From positions 32,954,804 to 33,018,803 of the forward strand of contig NC_090411.1 in assembly GCF_036365525.1 (NCBI RefSeq): a stretch of 64,000 nucleotides of DNA. The letters are read 5' to 3'. This DNA comes from Heterodontus francisci. Lineage: Eukaryota. Under the pieces are notes generated by a model. That model worked only from the letters and a program-made list of their open reading frames with translations, searched no databases and was not told the origin of the DNA. Both the position numbers and the translations under genes were made by a program. The stretch's first letter is position 1. Every line of letters starts with the position of its first letter. Shown here piece by piece: positions 39,301 through 51,897 of the stretch.

Positions 39301-42300
39301 AGTGGATGTACACAATTCTTTAAAAAGATAGCAGAATAAGTTTTGAAAGTTGTTTGGAAAAAAAAAATATACAGGAGCTGTGGCTTTATCGTTTGAGGCA
39401 TAGAGTTATAAAAGGCAAGGATGTTATGCTAAACCTTTATTAATCACGGGTTAGGCATCAGCTGAAGTATTGCATTCAATCCTGGGCACCACACTTTAGA
39501 ATGCAAGACAAGACTTTGGAGAGGGTGCAGAGGAGATTTACCAGAATGGTACCAGGGATGAGGGATTTCGGTTCTGTGGAGAGACTGGAGAAGCTGGGGT
39601 TATTCTCCTTAGAGCAGGGTATATATAATAGAGGTGTTCAAATAGTTTCTCCCTATTTAATCTGTTTGCACCAGCAGGAGGGTCAGTAATCAGAGGACAG
39701 GTTTAAGGTAATTGGATGAAGAGCCAGAGGAAAGATGAAAGCATTATTTTTACACAGTGAGTTGTTGTGATTTGGAATGCACTGCCCAAAAGGGCAGTGG
39801 AAGCAGATTCAATAGTAACTTTCAAAAGGGAATTTAAATAAACACTTGAAGGAAAAATTGCAAGGCTATGGGGAAATAGCAGGGAGAGCACCTAATTGGA
39901 CAGGTCTATCATAGGGCCGACACAGGCATGATGGGCCGAATGGCCTGTTTCTCGTTCTAATGGGAACTTCCCATGCAACTTGCCCTCAGAATTTAAGATA
40001 CCTTTCCATTGAGATTCATTCTCTAGGCTCCACTTGGGAAAGGTATGGGTTTGTGGTTCACAGTTTGGAATCTGGCCCAACAAGGGTCACTCCCTCAGGA
40101 GAGATGGGGAACGAAGTGAAATCTAACTTTTGTGTTTCTGAGGGGTCCAATCCAAGTTAAGAATGAATTTGAGCTCCGTGTATGGGGAAGGGAACTGCCC
40201 ACAGGGCCCATCTCAACATTACGGCTCCTTTACCTTGCTGGCAGGGGGTAATTTCCAGAGAGACCCTTCCATAGAGATCATTGGCAAAAGGTCTAGGTGG
40301 AAGATGAGGAGAAACGTTTTCACTCCGAGAGTTGTCAGGATCTGGAACTCTCGACCTGAAAAGGTGACAGAAGCTGATGTGAAATAATTTGAAAAGGGAG
40401 TTGGACAGGGACCTGAGGATGAGGAACTGGCAGGGTTACGAACAAAAAGCGGGAACTGTGGAATTTATTTATTTTTATTTATTTAGAGATACAGCACTGA
40501 AACAGGCCCTTCGGCCCACCGAGTCTGTGCCGACCAACAACCACCCCATTTATACTAATCCTACATTAACCCCATATTCTCTACCACATCCCCACCATTC
40601 TCCTACCACCTACCTACACTAGGGGCAATTTACAATGGCCAATTTACCTATCAACCTGCAAGTCTTTGGAGGTGGGAGGAAACCGGAGCACCCGGCGGAA
40701 ACCCACGCAGACACAGGGAGAACTTGCAAACTCCGCACAGACAGTACCCAGAATCGAACCCGGGTCGCTGGAGCTGAGAGGCTGCGGTGCTAACCACTGC
40801 GCCGCCCCCACTGCGCTGCCCAATTTAGCACAACTGCTCTTTCAAAGAGCCAGCACAGACATAATGGGCTGAATGGCCTCTTTCTGTGCTATAAGTCTCT
40901 ATGAGACCCTGCATGTGAGCACAGAATGGTGCATGTTTGTACACTGAAAGCATCCCCAAAGCCAATGCAAGCTGGAATAAGTCACTTCTATGGTCTGAAA
41001 CAAAAACAAAAATGCTGGAAATACTTAGCAGGTCTGGCAGCATCTGTGGAGAGAGAAGCAGAGTTAACGTTTCAGGTCGGTGACCTTTCATCAGAACTGG
41101 CAAAGGTTAGAAAAGAATTAGGTTTTAAGCAAGTGAAGGGGAGGGGGATGGGGGACAGAACAAAGGGGAAGGTATCCGATAGGGGAGAGGGTGATGAAAT
41201 AACAAAACTGTCCTGGGGCAAAGGCAAAGCGTGTGTTGTTAATGCTTGTGTGGTGAATGCCTGGCTACCCGACCTGAACCCGACTAGACCTGACTACGTG
41301 TGCCGGGGTCGGGTCAGGTCTATATTCTGAGTCCAGCATCGGGTCAGGTCGGGCTGGACAGTGCTGCCTTCGGGAACTCACGGGATTAGGCTCACCCATG
41401 ATTCCCTACAAATCCATCTGCAGGAATAGCCTGCTGGCGGAATGGATGAACAGGACCACAAATATTACCATTGGACAAGGTAGAGCACAATAACATGTTT
41501 GATATCATTAAATTTATTGCAATGTTCGGGTCGGGCACGGAAAAAAAAATGAAGAGACTCAGGCCCGGGTCAGGTTTCAATTTTAGATCCGAGCAGGCCT
41601 TTACAAAGCATTAGTCCAGAGATAGTGTTAACAGCAGAATAATGAGCAGCTACATTACTGCACAAAAAGTAGGCACATGGTTAAAAAAATAAAAAAAATT
41701 TTTTTTTTTTTTTAAAAGGGCCAGTCACGCTCTGAAGTTACTGAACTCAATGTTCAGTCCGCGAGGCTGTAGAGTGCCTGTTCAGGTGCTGCACCTTGAG
41801 CTTGCGTTGATGTTCACTGGAACACTGGAGCAGGCCAAAGACACAAATGTTGGCGTGAGAGCAGGGGGGAGTGCTGAAATGGCCAGCAACCGGAAGCTCG
41901 GGGTCATGCTTTCGGTCTGAGCAGAGGTGTTCAGCAAAGTGGTCACCCAAGCTATGTTTGGTCACCCCAGTGTAGAGGAGACCAGATTGTGAGCAGTGAA
42001 TACAGTATACTAAATTGAAAGAAATACAAGTAAATCGCTGCTTCACTTGGAAGGAGTGTTTGGGGCCTTGGATAGAGAGGAGAGAGGAGGTAAAAGGGTA
42101 GGTATTACACCTCCTGTGGTTGCATGGGAAGGTACCACAGCATGCTACAGCCTTGCAAACATTGAGTTCAATAACTTCAGAGCATGACCGGCCTTTTTTC
42201 AATATTTTATTTTTTAACCATGTGTCTGCTTTACATGCAGTCAGAGCTGCTCATTATTCCACTATTAACAGTCTCTCTGGATTAATGCTTTGTCTTTCAC

Positions 42301-45300
42301 CACAAGCATTAACACACGCTTTGCCTTTGTCCCAGGACAGCTTTGTTATTTAATCACCCTCTGCCCTATCAAACACCTTCCTCTTTGTTCTCTCCCCCAC
42401 TCCCCTCCTCTTCACTTCACTTGCTTAAAATCTAATTCTTTTCTAAACTTTGCCAGTTCTGATGAAGGGTCACTGACCTGAAACGTTAACTCTGCTTCTC
42501 TCTCCACAGACGCTGCCAGACCCGCCGAGTATTTCCAGCACTATGTTTTTATTTCAGATTTCCAGCATCCGCAGTATTTTGCTTTGATCACTCCCGTGGT
42601 CTGTTGGATTTGATCTGTGGATCGCATTCTCCACAGGCATTTAGTTCACCACGGCTGATCTCAGGCCACATTGCTGCCTCTCACCTTCTTGTCGATTCCA
42701 TCGCCTTGGTCTTGTAACAGCAGCACAATTTTCTCAATCATCTTCTCCTTGTCAGTCATCACATTCTGCGGGACATTATTGTTCACTAAAGAAATTCAAT
42801 GAGAACAGACGTCAGGTGGCAGAAACTGTACCGAGTGAATTTGCAGTTGCTCCTATTCATGCCAGCCAGTCCTCTGTGCCCACATCATACTAATCCCCTT
42901 TCTATTAGATGGGATATCCAGCTGACAAACCTCTCCACAGACTCTAGAATGGAGGGAAGGTCAGGCAGGACTGAAAGGTCGGGAGGGTTTTTTAAAAAAT
43001 GTTGCTTGCTGGAAAAATGAGCATTGTAAATTCCCCCACACCTTTTCGGGGAATGTTGAATAGGTACATTCAACCTGGTTCCCTTACTCCCTAAACATCC
43101 CCTTCCCCTCGAGTTTCAGACCCCGCCCTCCAGTTCCAGAGCCTCCTCCTTCCCTCTCAGGTTCCAGACAACACTTACCTGCTTCTGCTGCAGCAACTTC
43201 AACGCTCGGACTGACGCGGTCAATGCTGGCCTGAGCGCAGTATTGCTGTGCCAATTTATCCAACTTCTTTGCCACTTTTGAGTAGAACTCTTCATTTTCA
43301 TTTTTGGTTGACCCTAGAAACAATGGAAAAAAAAAGTCCACCAGAAGCTTGAGATAAACAGTACGGATGGAGAACTATAGGATGGCTGAGAGTGTGATGA
43401 GTGGCAACACAAGAGGGTTAGACATAATCATTTTATTTTATTAATTTATTTTTATTTAGAGATACAGCACTGAAACAGGCCCTTCAGCCCACCGAGTCTG
43501 TGCCGACCATCAACCACCCATTTATACTAATCCTACACTAATCCCATATTCCTACCACATCCCCACCTATCCCTATACTCCCCTACCACCTACCTATACT
43601 AGGGGCAATTTACAACGGCCAATTTACCTATCAACCTGCAAGTCTTTGGCTGTGGGAGGAAACCAGAGCACCTGGCGAAAACCCACACGGTCACAGGAAG
43701 AACTTGCAAACTCCACACAGGCAGTACCCAGAAATGAACCCAGGTTGCTGGAGCTGTGAGGCTGCGGTGCTAACCACTGCGCCACCATAGTGTCAGCCAT
43801 GGCTCAGTGGGTCACGCTCAAATCACTGAGCCAGAAGATTGTGGGTTCAAGTCCCACTCCAGATAATTGAGCACAAAATCCAGGATGACACTCCAGTGTA
43901 GAATCAAGGGAGGTGCTCTCTTTTGGACGAGACTTAAGCTGAGGCTCAATCTGCCCTCTGCTTTGAAAAAGAGCATATGAGTCCTCCCCAGTGTCCTGGC
44001 CAATATTTATCCCTCAATCAACATCATTGAAAAACAGATTAACTGGTCACTATCTCATTGCTGTTTATAGCAGCTTGCTGTAAGAAAATTGGCTGCCACA
44101 TTTCCTACATTACAACAGTGACTACACCTCAAAAGTACTTCACTGGTTAACATTAGTGAATGGCAGAAAAGACATAGAAGGGATGAATAGCCTCCTCCGG
44201 TTCCTATATGGCCCATACTTTGCAGTTAACCAATTGCTACAGAAACCAGAATGAAACCCATCTACTTTTGTCATTCTTACTGCAGCCCAACACTGGATCA
44301 CTTGTTTCACTAACTCCTCCAGTAGAACCCTTGGATGTATTACAAAGTATTTCCAACACTGAACAGGCCATCCAGTCCAACAGGCCTATGCCAGAGTTTA
44401 TGCTCCACATGAGCCTCCTCTTCATCAAACTCGATCAACATATCCTTCTCCCATCATGTGTTTATCGCGCTTCCTCTTAAATGCATCTACACTATTTGTC
44501 TCAACCACTCCCCATGATAGCGAGTTCCACATTCTCACCATTCTCTGGGTAAAGAAGTTTCTCCTGAATTCCCTATTGATTCTTTAGTGACTGTCTTTAT
44601 ACCCTAGTGGCGCTCTGGCCTACAAGTGGAAACATCTTCTCTACGTCTACCCTATCAAACCCCTTCATAAATCTAAAAACCTCTATCAGGTCATCCCTCA
44701 GCCTTCTCTCTTTAGAGAAAACAGCCCTAGCCTGATTAATCTTTCCTGATAAGTAGAAACTCTCAGTTCTGATACCTCTCTAGTAAATCTTTTTTGCACG
44801 TTCTCCAGTGCCTCAGTAATCCTTCTTATAAACTGAAGATCAGAATTGTGCATAGCACTCCAAGTGTAATCTAATCATGGTTTAATACAAGTTTAATGTA
44901 ACTGCTCTGCTTTTCATTTCTATCCCTCTAGAAAGGAGTTCCTTTCTTCAAAAGCACCCAGGAAGCTTCTAAACAGGGTTCCACCAGCTCCTGAAGGACA
45001 AATTGCTCACCTTTGTCAGTGCTTTTCATTTGGTCAGTAATTAGCGGGAGTGTGTTGGGCCGTGGTGAGGGAGGCTCAGGATCCTGGCCTTTTTCTGACG
45101 CTGGAGAAGAAGCTTCAATTTTCCCGTGTGACTGTTTCCTGAACAGATTAAAAAATCTCTGGCTCTTCTTGGAGTTATGCTTGCTGTTCTCCTCTGGGGT
45201 GTCTTCCTTTGCAATGGAGGTGACAGAATCTACCGAACCAACTGTGCAGGCTATTAAAGGGTTGGTATTCTTCTGTCTCCTCAAGGAATTGGACTTTCCA

Positions 45301-46842
45301 TCAACTTTACTGCTATTCTTCCCGGACCCATGATCTTCGAGTGGGTCTAGAGACTCCTTGGACTTTTTGTCAAAGGCATCGTTGCTCCTCTTCTTCCTCT
45401 GCCGTTTTATTAGCCTCTTGATAGTCGTTTTGAAGCCATGCTTTTTCTCCTCTGCCTGGGCGATTTCCTCATCTGTTGTATCCCAATCACTGTTGCCCTC
45501 AGTTCCTTCGGTTCGTTTCAGACTCCTCTTTTTCTCCTCCGCTTCTCGTTCCAAATTCCCTTTTTGGTTCGATTTTCTCCGAACATGCGATTTTACAGTG
45601 ATGTTGGAATCCTGGCCTTCGGTGGTCCTTTTAACAAGAAAATATTAAATAGACATGGTAATTAAAACATGCACCATGCTAATGACCAAGGGAAGTCGAT
45701 TTTTCAGATTGGGTAGCTCCCTGTAAATCCCTGCCTCCGAGGAAAGGCTAGGTAATCAATGTGAGTGAGATCGGAAGGAAATGACTGGGAGCAGCAAGAG
45801 GTAGAAGGTGGACTTTATAAGCAGCAAACCTTTGGATGAAATACTAAAATTGAGGCCCCGTCTGCCCTCTCAGGTGTAAAAGATATGCTATTTCAAAGAA
45901 GAGCAGGGGAGTTTTTTCCAGCGTCCTGGTCAATATGTATCCCTCAACCAACATCACTAAAAGAGAGCATCTGGTCAATATCACATTGCTGCTTGTGCGA
46001 TCTTGCTGTGCACCATTTGGCTGCAATGTTTCCTATAGCACAACAATGACTGCAAGTCAAAAGTGTGCCCTTAATTATTAAGTGCTTTAGCACATGCTGA
46101 GGTTCATAAAGGCTTCACATAAATGCAACGCTGTTCTATCAAATGATGTGTTGGGCTTCAAGAGCACCAGGGCACGGTGGAGGGGTGGGGTTGGGGGTTG
46201 TGGAGGTAGTGCATGGGTGCAGGGTTACCAGAAAGGGGGACGTCAGAGTCTGGGACCATTGGTGGGGCATGAGATGAGGGAGCAAGGAGGGTGGAGTTAA
46301 TGGGGCCTGAGGATGAGTAGGCTGGAGTTGGGATTTTGCATTATTTTGTTGGTTGGGGGGGTGGGGGGGGGGGGAAGGAAAATCAATTTGTGCATGTATA
46401 ACATGGCCTCATCCCATCCTATCTCTAGAAGGTCCTTCATCCCGCTCTCTTAACACTTCCACTGCAGCTCGTCCTCCGTTCTGTGCTCTTGTGGAAAACG
46501 TTGGCGCAGACAGGATGGGTAAAATGGGTAAAAACATTCTACAATCCATACATATTCGCCAATGTGCCAAGACATTCCTTCCCCTCATCCCCTCCCACCA
46601 CGAGCAAGACACAGAAAGTCATTGACACAAGAATGAGAGACTTACTTTGACAGGAACCTCTTAGTGTCGTGGTAGTAACGACCAACATGTCCAATGTTGG
46701 TGGCCTCGTCATTCTTCAGCATCTTCCGTAGGAAGGCCTCCATGACCAGCTTAGTTTCATTTTTTAGGACTATAAGGCTGTGCCTCTCCTCTTGGCACAG
46801 CTTACTCTCCGCCATCCCGGGGTCAAGCGAGTTAGTTCCCAT
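36304..46842 (-). CDS. BCL2L12: Bcl-2-like protein 12, complete CDS: join(46646-46842,45011-45627,43179-43313,42685-42785,38816-39079,36304-36351); 1362 nt, about 453 aa
   Basis: GT-AG introns with matching phases. Blocks LKNETKLVMEAFLRK, SPRPNTLP, FYSKVAKKLDKL, DKEKMIEKIVLLL, SPELTKIALTMELTRRVAG and BH2 WLQENGGW parallel human BCL2L12. Syntenic with PRMT1. Confidence 0.88.
36571..36783. repeat. Imperfect inverted repeat, about 97-bp arms and 19-nt spacer
   Basis: taattggggtctta...cactc versus gagtaaaaag...taagaccccaatta; roughly 85% complementary by eye. Confidence 0.9.
36830..37190 (+). mobile_element. Deu-domain/SacSINE1-like SINE, decayed
   Basis: tactgagggagtactgca...aattggctgcc...tatataaatgca. 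Confidence 0.7.
37225..37590 (-). mobile_element. L2-like LINE 3' fragment (similar fragments at about 15880-16090, 22520-22940, 30860-31125, 52190-52350)
   Basis: aacaacttgtattt...agggaattccagagctt pattern recurring across the window. Confidence 0.65.
37598..38047. repeat. Minisatellite, 15 x 30 bp (gagagagagagatcagc[c/a]ctccccttcagt)
   Basis: Counted directly; variant order 3 C-type, 7 A-type, 5 C-type. Confidence 0.98.
38816..39079 (-). CDS. BCL2L12: BCL2L12 coding exon 5 (ends in BH2 GGW)
   Basis: IKNDPVLQRTMSRMSYHSFSQLVKVF...FVPWLQENGGW|gtgagt; the intron after GGW is typical of the Bcl-2 family. Confidence 0.93.
39255..39955 (+). mobile_element. Degenerate CR1 3' fragment
   Basis: LERVQRRFTRMVPG...LEKLGLFSLE. 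Confidence 0.85.
40463..40815 (-). mobile_element. tRNA-derived SINE (V-SINE/HE1-like)
   Basis: Full head-core-tail with (TAAA)n tail; high identity to 43430-43787 and 60437-60796. Confidence 0.88.
40996..42585. mobile_element. Penelope-like element remnant with inverted terminal repeats and GIY-YIG fragment; interrupted at about 41258-41602 by a GC-rich non-autonomous element
   Basis: 40996-41250 is the reverse complement of about 42300-42550. The minus-strand ORF FTCISFNLVYCIHCSQSGLLYTGVTK...FAEHL is a GIY-YIG endonuclease pattern. Confidence 0.82.
42685..42785 (-). CDS. BCL2L12: BCL2L12 coding exon 4 (BH3-like)
   Basis: VNNNVPQNVMTDKEKMIEKIVLLLQDQGDGIDKK, with an LxxxGDxI BH3 pattern; |gtgaga. 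Confidence 0.9.
43179..43313 (-). CDS. BCL2L12: BCL2L12 coding exon 3
   Basis: GSTKNENEEFYSKVAKKLDKLAQQYCAQASIDRVSPSVEVAAAEA; |gtaagt. Confidence 0.9.
43430..43787 (-). mobile_element. tRNA-derived SINE (V-SINE/HE1-like)
   Basis: Same family as 40463-40815. Confidence 0.88.
43794..44146 (+). mobile_element. Deu-domain/SacSINE1-like SINE
   Basis: A box tggctcagtgg, B box ggttcaagtcc, conserved core. Confidence 0.8.
44350..44930 (-). mobile_element. Degenerate CR1 3' fragment
   Basis: Reverse-complement match to CR1 3' ends elsewhere in the window (gagttccacattctcacca). Confidence 0.8.
45011..45627 (-). CDS. BCL2L12: BCL2L12 coding exon 2 (long charged low-complexity region)
   Basis: 617-nt open exon, phase 2 to phase 1, ending ...PPSPRPNTLPLITDQMKSTDK|gtgagc. 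Confidence 0.85.
45851..46127 (+). mobile_element. Deu-domain/SacSINE1-like SINE fragment
   Basis: gaggccccgtctgccctctcagg core. Confidence 0.75.
46646..46842 (-). CDS. BCL2L12: BCL2L12 first coding exon (alternative ATG at 46815)
   Basis: MGTNSLDPGMAESKLCQEERHSLIVLKNETKLVMEAFLRKML...; an acceptor just upstream implies a non-coding exon further 5'; |gtaagt donor. Confidence 0.85.
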
Positions 46843-47422
46843 TCTGGAGCTGAAGAAGAAAACAGAAATAACAAGCACTGCACGTTACTCACCAACATGC
46901 AATCAGATTCACAAATAGGGAGGAAGGTTCAAAGTAAACTACTCACAACAGCAGGGAACTGCAATTAAAATAAAACGCCCAAAGCAAGTATTTTGTGACT
47001 CGCGCACATACTGAAAAGAAAGGGCTGATTAACCCTTTTGAGCACTGAATTATTGGGCCCGATTTTAATTCAGTGTAAGTGGATGAATTTTGAGTGGACT
47101 AAAATTGGGAATGCCTTGTGCAACTTGAGAGTGTTTAACTGCCAAAAATAATTTTTCTTAAATTTATAATTTACCTATCAGCTACAAATAAAATAAACTA
47201 GCAGGATATATATTTTAAGACATATGGGTGTATATTTTGCTGGTAGTCTTGGCTATAACCGTAAAATAAAATACTTTTGCAAAAAATAAATAAAAAGCAC
47301 TGATGGTGAACCAGCAGGTAATACAACATGTGGTTTATTCCCTCAATCCACTTGTATGGGTCATGTGGGAGAAGGGAGGGGAGGGGACAAGGAGAGCATT
47401 GGAGAGGATGACTTCACGGAAA

Positions 47423-48848
47423 CTTCTTTGGCCTCCTTGTCTCGAGAGACAATGGGTAAAGCGCCTGGAGGTGGTCAGTGGTTTGTGGAGCAGCGCCTGG
47501 AGTGGCTATAAAGGCCAATTCTAGAGTGACAGACTCTTCCACAGGTGCTGCAGATAAAATTGGTTGTCGGGGCTGTTACACAGTTGGCTCTCCCCTTGCG
47601 CTTCTATCTTTTTTCCTGCCAACTGCTAAGTCTCTTCGACTCATCACACTTTAGCCCCACCTTTATGGTTGCCCGCCAGCTCTGGCAGTCACTGGCAACT
47701 GACTCCCACGACTTGTAGTCAATGTCACAGGACTTCATGTCGTGTTTGCAGACGTCTTTAAAGCAGAGACATGACGGCCGGTGGGTCTGATACCAGTGGC
47801 GAGCTCGCTGTACAATGTGTCCTTGGGGATCCTGCCATCTTCCATGAGGCTCACATGGCCAAGCCATCTCAAGTGCCGCTGGCTCAGTAGGGTGTATATA
47901 CTGGGGATGTTGGCTGCCACACACACAGGCTTGATACACTCGAACTTTTGTGTTCCGTGTCAGTGCGCCATTTTCCCACACCCTCTTGACCAATCTGAAC
48001 ATAGCAGCGGACGCCTTTCCTATGCGCTTGTTGATTTCTGCATCAAGAGACAGGTTACTGGTGATAGTTGAGCCTAGGTAGGTGAACTCCTGAACCACTT
48101 CCAGAGCATGGTCGCCGATATTGATGGATGGAGCATTTCTGACATCCTGTCCCATGATGTTCGTTTTCTGGAGGCTGATGGTTAGGCCAAATTCGGTGCA
48201 GGCAGCCGCAATCCTGTTGATGAGACTCTGCAGACACTCTTCTGTGTGAGATGTTAAAGCAGCATCGTCAGCAAAGAGGAGTTCCTTGATGAGGACTTTC
48301 CGTACTTTGGTCTTCGCTCTAAGACGGACAAGGTTGAACAACCTGCCACCTGATCTTGTGTGGAGGAAAATTCCTTCTTCTGAAGACTTGAACGCATGTG
48401 AGAGCAGCAGTGAGAAGATCCCAAACAGTGTAGGTGCGAGAACACAGCCCTGTTTCACGCCACTCAGGATAGGAAAGGGGTATGATGAGGCGCCGCTATG
48501 CTGAATTGTGCTTTTCATATGGTCATGGAATGAGGTGATGATACTTAGTAGCTTTGGTGGACATCCAATCTTTGCTAGTAGTCTGAAGAGACCACGTCTG
48601 CTGACGAGGTCAAAGGCTTTGGTGAGCTCTATGAAAGGAACGTAGAGGGGCATCTGTTGTTCATGGCATTTCTCCTGTAGCTGGCAAAGAGAGAACAGCA
48701 TGTCAATGGTGGATCTCTCTGCTCGAAAGCCTGCACTGTGCCTCAGGGTAGACATGCTCAGCCAGCTTCTGGAGTCTGTTCAAAACGACTCGAGCAAAGA
48801 CTTTCCTCACTATGGGGAGCAGAGATATTCCACGGTAGTTGTTGCAGT
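47423..48848 (-). mobile_element. RTE-clade LINE, older 5'-truncated copy of the same family
   Basis: RT motifs GVKQGCVLAPTLF and FADD; 3' end homologous to 29455-30209. Confidence 0.92.
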
Positions 48849-50125
48849 ATTACATTTTTCCTGGTAGCTGGTGAAATACTGAAATGTGCTCGTCACTCAA
48901 TTCAATTCTGCTAAAGATACATTTGCCTTAACCATTATCATCCTCTTCCAAATTTTCTCCCCATCTCTCCTGAAGGTGTTGAGGTGAAGAAGCTCCATGG
49001 ATAGCGTCCATCACCTTGTCCTAGAGCCCCTGGGAGAGTCTGGACAGTGTCAACAGGCCATTCAAACAGAAAAGAGATATTCCCCTCCTCAGATCCTCAT
49101 CCAACACCCATGCACTTTCCAGAGGTCACTGGGGAGTGCAAGGGAGCAGAATTTTCGGTTGATTTCATCTCTGCCACCCAGAGGTGCTGAGTGCACTGTA
49201 TTGCCAAGTTAATTGGTCTGCTTGAGAACAACTAACTTGGCATAGACTCAGTTACCACAGCAGTCGGCACACTTAACTACTAGGTATATTCTCAGATCAT
49301 CAGAGTTTAATGAAAAGGTTTAATCAGTTCTTTGCAAACTTTTCCATTTCATCAGTTTCTTTCGCCCTCCAAGATGGTGGAGGGCATGTGGGATTTTGGC
49401 ATCATAGCCAAACTTGAGTTGAGACTGGGGAGAGCAATTTGAGCGGTACTGTACAACAATGGCTCAGTTGGCAGTACTTTTGCCTTGAAGCCAAAAGGCC
49501 CCAGAATTGGCCGAACCTGAATCCACAGTCTAGGCTGATGGTCTTATTGCAGTAGCGAGCTGTTGGAGGTGGCGTCACTTCGAATTCAATGTTAAACCAA
49601 GGACCCCACCTGCCCATTCAGGTGTGTGTTGAAGGGAGGGAAAAGTCGTGGGAGTGACGGCAAACATCCCAAAAGTGTTTTACATGCCATGAAAGACTGC
49701 GGAATGCAGTTACTCTTGTTATGCAAGAAATGTGGTGGCCCTTTTGCACGCGGCATTGAGAGAAATAATCACGTAGAATGCAGTGAAGAGTCTTGGTATT
49801 AGAAAAAGGATGCAGAGGCACTGGAGAAGGTGCAAATAAAAAAAAAAGATTTACAAGAATGAAACCAGAACTGAGTGGTTATAACTATCAGGAAAGATTG
49901 AACTGGCTGGGGCTGTTTTCTCTAGAAAAACGGCTTGGGAGTAACCTAACAGAGGTTTTTAAAATTATGAAGGTGTTTGATAGGGTAGACAGAGATGTTT
50001 CCACTTGGGGGGAATCCTAAAGTAGGGACCATAAATATAAAAGATAGTCACTAATAAATCAGATAGGGAATACAGGAGAAATTTCTTTCCCCAGAGAGTG
50101 GTGAGAATGTGGAACTTGCTACCAG

Positions 50126-51897
50126 TGTCATGACCAGTAGAGGCATCTATTCATAGCTTTAAAAAATGGACTATATTCAGTATGGCATCATCTGGAACTG
50201 AATTTTCCTTTTGTTTTAAATGAACCACAGTGTACATTAAAAGTGGGCATGGGCGGCAAAGATGGCTACCAAATGTCAGCTGACCTGACCTGTGTATTCA
50301 AGAACTGACTCACTGTCTTGAAAGGACAAAAGAATACCCCCCAGACTAAGGGGTGTCATCAACACCCCTCGTCGTTGGCTGTCCCTCGATTCGAGGATGA
50401 CGTCTACTCAAGGTTGCTAGTTTCTGCCGTGCATCTTCAGGCGACTAAACAGGCCGATTCTCGCCCTGCAGATCTTTTGGGCCCATGGGGCAGGATGTCC
50501 CACAAGGTAGCAGGATCCGGAGTTCAGGATTTATTTCCTTTTCTTCCCTTCTCTGCCGCCGCTCTGCCTCCTCATTAAAGGCGTTTGGACTCAAAGCATG
50601 ATGCAGCTTGACGGACAGGTTGTTGCCATTTTGAACGATTGGTAACAAGCTCCTCCCAGTCACCAATGTCAATGCTGCCGTGCTTCAAAGAGCACTTCAG
50701 ACTGTATTCGAAGCGTTTTCTTTGTCCACCCCAGAACGCTGGCCATTTGAGAGTTGAGAAAACAGGACCGCGTGGTTGAGACGGTTTGCAGCCATCCAGA
50801 CAGTGTCCAGCCCATCGAAGTTGGTTTTTGCTGGAGTTTTACCTGAATGCTTGTGGAGCTGGCTTCAAGAAGGACACTCGTGTTTGTTCGACAGTCCTCC
50901 CATTGAATCCGGAGGATGCGATGGAGGCATTGCTGACCGAATTTCTCCAGTGCTCTTATGTGTCGCTGATACACAGTCCAGGTCTCACCGCAGTACAGAA
51001 GTGTGGTGACAACTGCTCCGTACACTAGCATTTTGTTGACATGCGGAGGTCTTTGTTGCCAAACACTCACTGCCGTAGTTTGTAGAAGGCCCATCAACGC
51101 CCATCCTGAAACCATCAGGAGACATTCCTGAATTGAATTGGGTTTCTCCTGAAACAAAGGTGATTGTCTTAACCTTCCTCAGGATGAATGTCTTGCAACT
51201 GTAAACCAGGATGGGACACCCTCCCCCCGACCATATTTGGAAAAGGAACTGGGAGAAGTCACATGGTGGGACAGCCATGTTAGACTCCTTTTAAAAATCT
51301 TTTTAAATACAGACTACAGAGAAAGCAGAACCATTGTGCCTTAAAAGAACTGGAGATTGTAACATCTTAAGGTCTCCGAACCTTTTCAAGTCCACCAGTA
51401 CAGAAAACCAACCTCCTAGTGATGAGACTACCAGCAATAACTTCATGACCTACTAATAAAATCCACCTCTTTGAGAGAATTCTGCAATGACTGTGATATA
51501 CGACTCCGACTAGCGAATCTACTTAACGACACGTCGGGAGTGAAAACGCCTTCTTCTCCGTGTCCGCAATGCATGCCAAGATGAGCGAAATCACGCGACT
51601 TACAAACTATTCCTTTGTTTGCAATTTGTAAAAGTGCATTATCCTTTTAACGGCGTTCTTTCTCGTGTGTTTATGTGTGTGTGTAGTGAATGAGCGAGTG
51701 AAGTAGTGTTCGACTATTGGAGTGAAAGTTTGAATAAAAATAATCCTCTTTATTTAAACCCACGAAAAGCTGGTTATTCAAATTGGCCATACACCCAGGG
51801 GTTAAGAAAAACACACAAGTGGTCAAAAAACACCCGGATTACGGTCAGTAAAGGGAGAAGAACTGGGGTTTCAGTTCTCTCAGTTCTGTCCATAACA
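50126..51897 (+). mobile_element. Probable solo LTR inside a CR1 3' fragment, itself containing an RTE insertion
   Basis: TGTCATGAC...GTCCATAACA termini, AATAAA near 51733; the CR1 fragment 49785-50125 resumes at 51898. No clean TSD seen. Confidence 0.65.
50368..51091 (-). mobile_element. RTE-clade LINE 3' fragment (different family)
   Basis: TTLLYCGETWT...RILRIQWED; TSD catcaac(a/g)ccc at 50357-50367 and 51092-51102. Confidence 0.85.
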
